From Eledone cirrhosa (lineage: Eukaryota): a stretch of DNA of 64,000 nt. A program made the translations under genes and the position numbers. Positions within the stretch are counted from its first letter, which is position 1. The number at the start of each line of letters is the position of its first letter. Where the stretch lies: contig OZ024758.1 of assembly GCA_964016885.1 (NCBI GenBank), positions 37,820,001 to 37,884,000 on the forward strand, given 5' to 3'. The notes beneath the pieces were generated by a model that did not search any database, was not told the origin of the DNA, and worked only from the letters and a program-made list of their open reading frames with translations. Shown here one piece after another: positions 61,501 through 64,000 of this stretch.

Positions 61501-64000
61501 TTTAAGTTCATGGTACTAGCTGTCAGAAGTAACTCCACTGTTGGTGAGAATTCATTTAAGTTCATGGTACTAGCTGTCAGAAGTAACCCCAATGTTGGTG
61601 AGAATTCATTTAAGTTCATGGTATTAGCTGTCAGAAGTCACTCCAATGTTGGTGAGAATACATTTAAGTTCATGGTACTAGCTGTCAGAAGTAACCCCAA
61701 TGTTGGTGAGAATTCATTTAAGTTCATGGTATTAGCTGTCAGAAGTCACTCCAATGTTGGTGAGAATTCATTTAAGTTCATGGTATTAGCTGTCAGAAGT
61801 AACTCCACTGTTGGTAAGAATTCATTTAAGTTCATGGTATTAGCTGTCAGAAGTAACTCCACTGTTGGTGAGAATTCATTTAAGTTCATGGTATTAGCTG
61901 TCAGAAGTAACTCCACTGTTGGTGAGAATTCATTTAAGTTCATGGTACTAGCTGTCAGAAGTAACTCCACTGTTGGTGAGAATTCATTTAAGTTCATGGT
62001 ACTAGCTGTCAGAAGTAACCCCAATGTTGGTGAGAATTCATTTAAGTTCATGGTATTAGCTGTCAGAAGTCACTCCAATGTTGGTGAGAATTCATTTAAG
62101 TTCATGGTACTAGCTGTCAGAAGTCACTCCACTGTTGGTGAGAATTCATTTAAGTTCATGGTACTAGCTGTCAGAAGTCACTCCAATGTTGGTGAGAATT
62201 CATTTAAGTTCATGGTACTAGCTGTCAGAAGTAACTCCAATGTTGGTGAGAATTCATTTAAGTTCATGGTATTAGCTGTCAGAAGGAATTCCACTGTTGC
62301 TGAGAATTCATTTAAGTTCATGGTATTAGCTGTCAGAAGTAACTCCACTGTTGGTGAGAATTCATTTAAGTTCATGGTACTAGCTGTCAGAAGTAACTCC
62401 ACTGTTGGTGAGAATTCATTTAAGTTCATGGTACTAGCTGTCAGAAGTAACCCCAATGTTGGTGAGAATTCATTTAAGTTCATGGTATTAGCTGTCAGAA
62501 GTCACTCCAATGTTGGTGAGAATACATTTAAGTTCATGGTACTAGCTGTCAGAAGTAACCCCAATGTTGGTGAGAATTCATTTAAGTTCATGGTATTAGA
62601 TGTCAGAAGTCACTCCAATGTTGGTGAGAATTCATTTAAGTTCATGGTATTAGCTGTCAGAAGTAACTCCACTGTTGGTAAGAATTCATTTAAGTTCATG
62701 GTATTAGCTGTCAGAAGTAACTCCACTGTTGGTGAGAATTCATTTAAGTTCATGGTATTAGCTGTCAGAAGTAACTCCACTGTTGGTGAGAATTCATTTA
62801 AGTTCATGGTACTAGCTGTCAGAAGTAACTCCACTGTTGGTGAGAATTCATTTAAGTTCATGGTATTAGCTGTCAGAAGTCACTCCAATGTTGGTGAGAA
62901 TTCATTTAAGTTCATGGTATTAGCTGTCAGAAGTAACTCCACTGTTGGTGAGAATTCATTTAAGTTCATGGTATTAGCTGTCAGAAGTAACTCCACTGTT
63001 GGTGAGAATTCATTTAAGTTCATGGTACTAGCTGTCAGAAGTAACTCCACTGTTGGTGAGAATTCATTTAAGTTCATGGTATTAGCTGTCAGAAGTCACT
63101 CCAATGTTGGTGAGAATTCATTTAAGTTCATGGTATTAGCTGTCAGAAGTCACTCCACTGTTGGTGAGAATTCATTTAAGTTCATGGTATTAGCTGTCAG
63201 AAGTAACTCCACTGTTGGTGAGAATTCATTTAAGTCATGGTATTAGCTGTCAGAAGTAACTCCAATGTTGGTGAGAATTCATTTAAGTTCATGGTATTAG
63301 CTGTCAGAAGTCACTCCAATGTTGGTGAGAATTCATTTAAGTTCATGGTATTAGCTGTCAGAAGTAACTCCACTGTTGGTGAGAATTCATTTAAGTTCAT
63401 GGTATTAGCTGTCAGAAGTAACTCCACTGTTGGTGAGAATTCATTTAAGTTCATGGTATTAGCTGTCAGAAGTAACTCCACTGTTGGTGAGAATTCATTT
63501 AAGTTCATGTTATTAGCTGTCAGAAGTAACTCCACTGTTGGTGAGAATTCATTTAAGTTCATGGTATTAGCTGTCAGAAGGAACGCCACTGTTGGTGAGA
63601 ATTCATTTAAATTCATGGTATTAGCTGTCAGAAGTAACTCCACTGTTGGTGAGAATTCATTTAAGTTCATGGTACTAGCTGTCAGAAGTAACTCCAATGT
63701 TGGTGAGAATTCATTTAAGTTCATGGTATTAGCTGTCAGAAGGAATTCCACTGTTGCTGAGAATTCATTTAAGTTCATGGTATTAGCTGTCAGAAGTAAC
63801 TCCACTGTTGGTGAGAATTCATTTAAGTTCATGGTATTAGCTGTCAGAAGTAACTCCACTGTTGGTGAGAATTCATTTAAGTTCATGGTATTAGCTGTCA
63901 GAAGGAACTCCAATGTTGGTGAGAATTCATTTAAGTCATGGTACTAGCTGTCAGAAGTAACTCCACTGTTGGTGAGAATTCATTTAAGTTCATGGTATTA
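58594..64000. repeat. Right-hand subdomain with its own markers and an 86-monomer run without internal indels
   Basis: AGGAATTCC (extra EcoRI site) is seen only at 59157, 60885, 61425, 62289 and 63746. GAATACA is linked to HSN here rather than HST. No frameshift from 58594 to about 63235. Confidence 0.87.

Larger units (their letters stand above)
1..64000. repeat. 54-bp tandem satellite DNA array (EcoRI-site-containing), 1186 complete head-to-tail monomers, extending beyond both window ends
   Basis: The consensus recurs every 54 bp (53 bp where AAGTTC becomes AAGTC) with usually 0-3 substitutions. First full monomer starts at 29, last start at 63992; the length arithmetic closes with 84 deletions and 3 insertions. 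No inversion or foreign insert seen. Confidence 0.99.

Noticed and set aside
912-63913. Minus-strand ORFs (MNLNEFSPTVELLLTANT)n
   Set aside because: The very common A22C variant creates TGA in this frame; these ORFs are the mirror of the same repeat.
29-63947. Plus-strand ORFs of 61-1550 aa as protein-coding genes
   Set aside because: They are pure translations of the 54-bp unit with no unique N- or C-terminal domain. The frame is broken by 84 deletions, 3 insertions and 4 stops, and synonymous sites are as homogeneous as non-synonymous ones.
1-64000. CRISPR array (conserved part plus variable part)
   Set aside because: The variable box is about 9 bp with a few recurring point variants, not unique spacers. 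No cas genes or leader are present.
1-64000. Diversity-generating, antigenic-variation or recombination cassette system
   Set aside because: There is no recombinase, reverse transcriptase, expression site or any unique sequence. The variant order is explained by nested duplication.
1-64000. tRNA, 5S rRNA, snRNA or spliced-leader tandem gene array, or telomeric repeat
   Set aside because: The unit is only 54 bp, with no cloverleaf, recognisable Pol III boxes, Sm site or G-rich telomeric motif that I can support.
1-64000. Synthetic concatemer or rolling-circle sequencing artefact (EcoRI site in every unit)
   Set aside because: Variants are shared hierarchically in ordered modules and regional domains, which indicates evolutionary descent. 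Individual large duplications could still be assembly errors.
1-64000. CENP-B box
   Set aside because: The motif needs TTCG and CGGG cores; the consensus has no CpG.
1-64000. A single fixed-period higher-order repeat across the window
   Set aside because: Offsets differ by region (2589, 5231, 3450, 3021/2428, about 2211 and 864 bp), so higher-order structure is local.

Overview
The whole 64 kb window is one uninterrupted, single-orientation tandem satellite array. The monomer is 54 bp (consensus ATGGTATTAGCTGTCAGAAGTAACTCCACTGTTGGTGAGAATTCATTTAAGTTC, 20/54 = 37% GC, one EcoRI site, no CpG). From 29 to 63991 there are 1186 complete monomers. The length closes exactly: 1186x54 - 84 single-T deletions + 3 single-base insertions = 63963 bp. 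I see no genes, RNA genes, transposons, CRISPR spacers or unique sequence. The ORF track arises because 54 is divisible by 3 and one frame per strand lacks a stop. The information lies in the order of monomer variants: fixed 6-, 8-, 18- and 21-monomer modules, nested near-identical tandem duplications (14, 47/48, 56, 64 and 97 monomers), regional subdomains with private markers, and a possible 3-monomer (162 bp) grain. This fits a young, actively turning-over eukaryotic satellite, possibly (peri)centromeric. I do not recognise the family or species. Monomer nicknames (NST, HSN, NPN, RNA etc.) are the conceptual translation of monomer positions 19-30; the prefix c marks the T7C variant. All counts were done by eye, aided by the ORF track.
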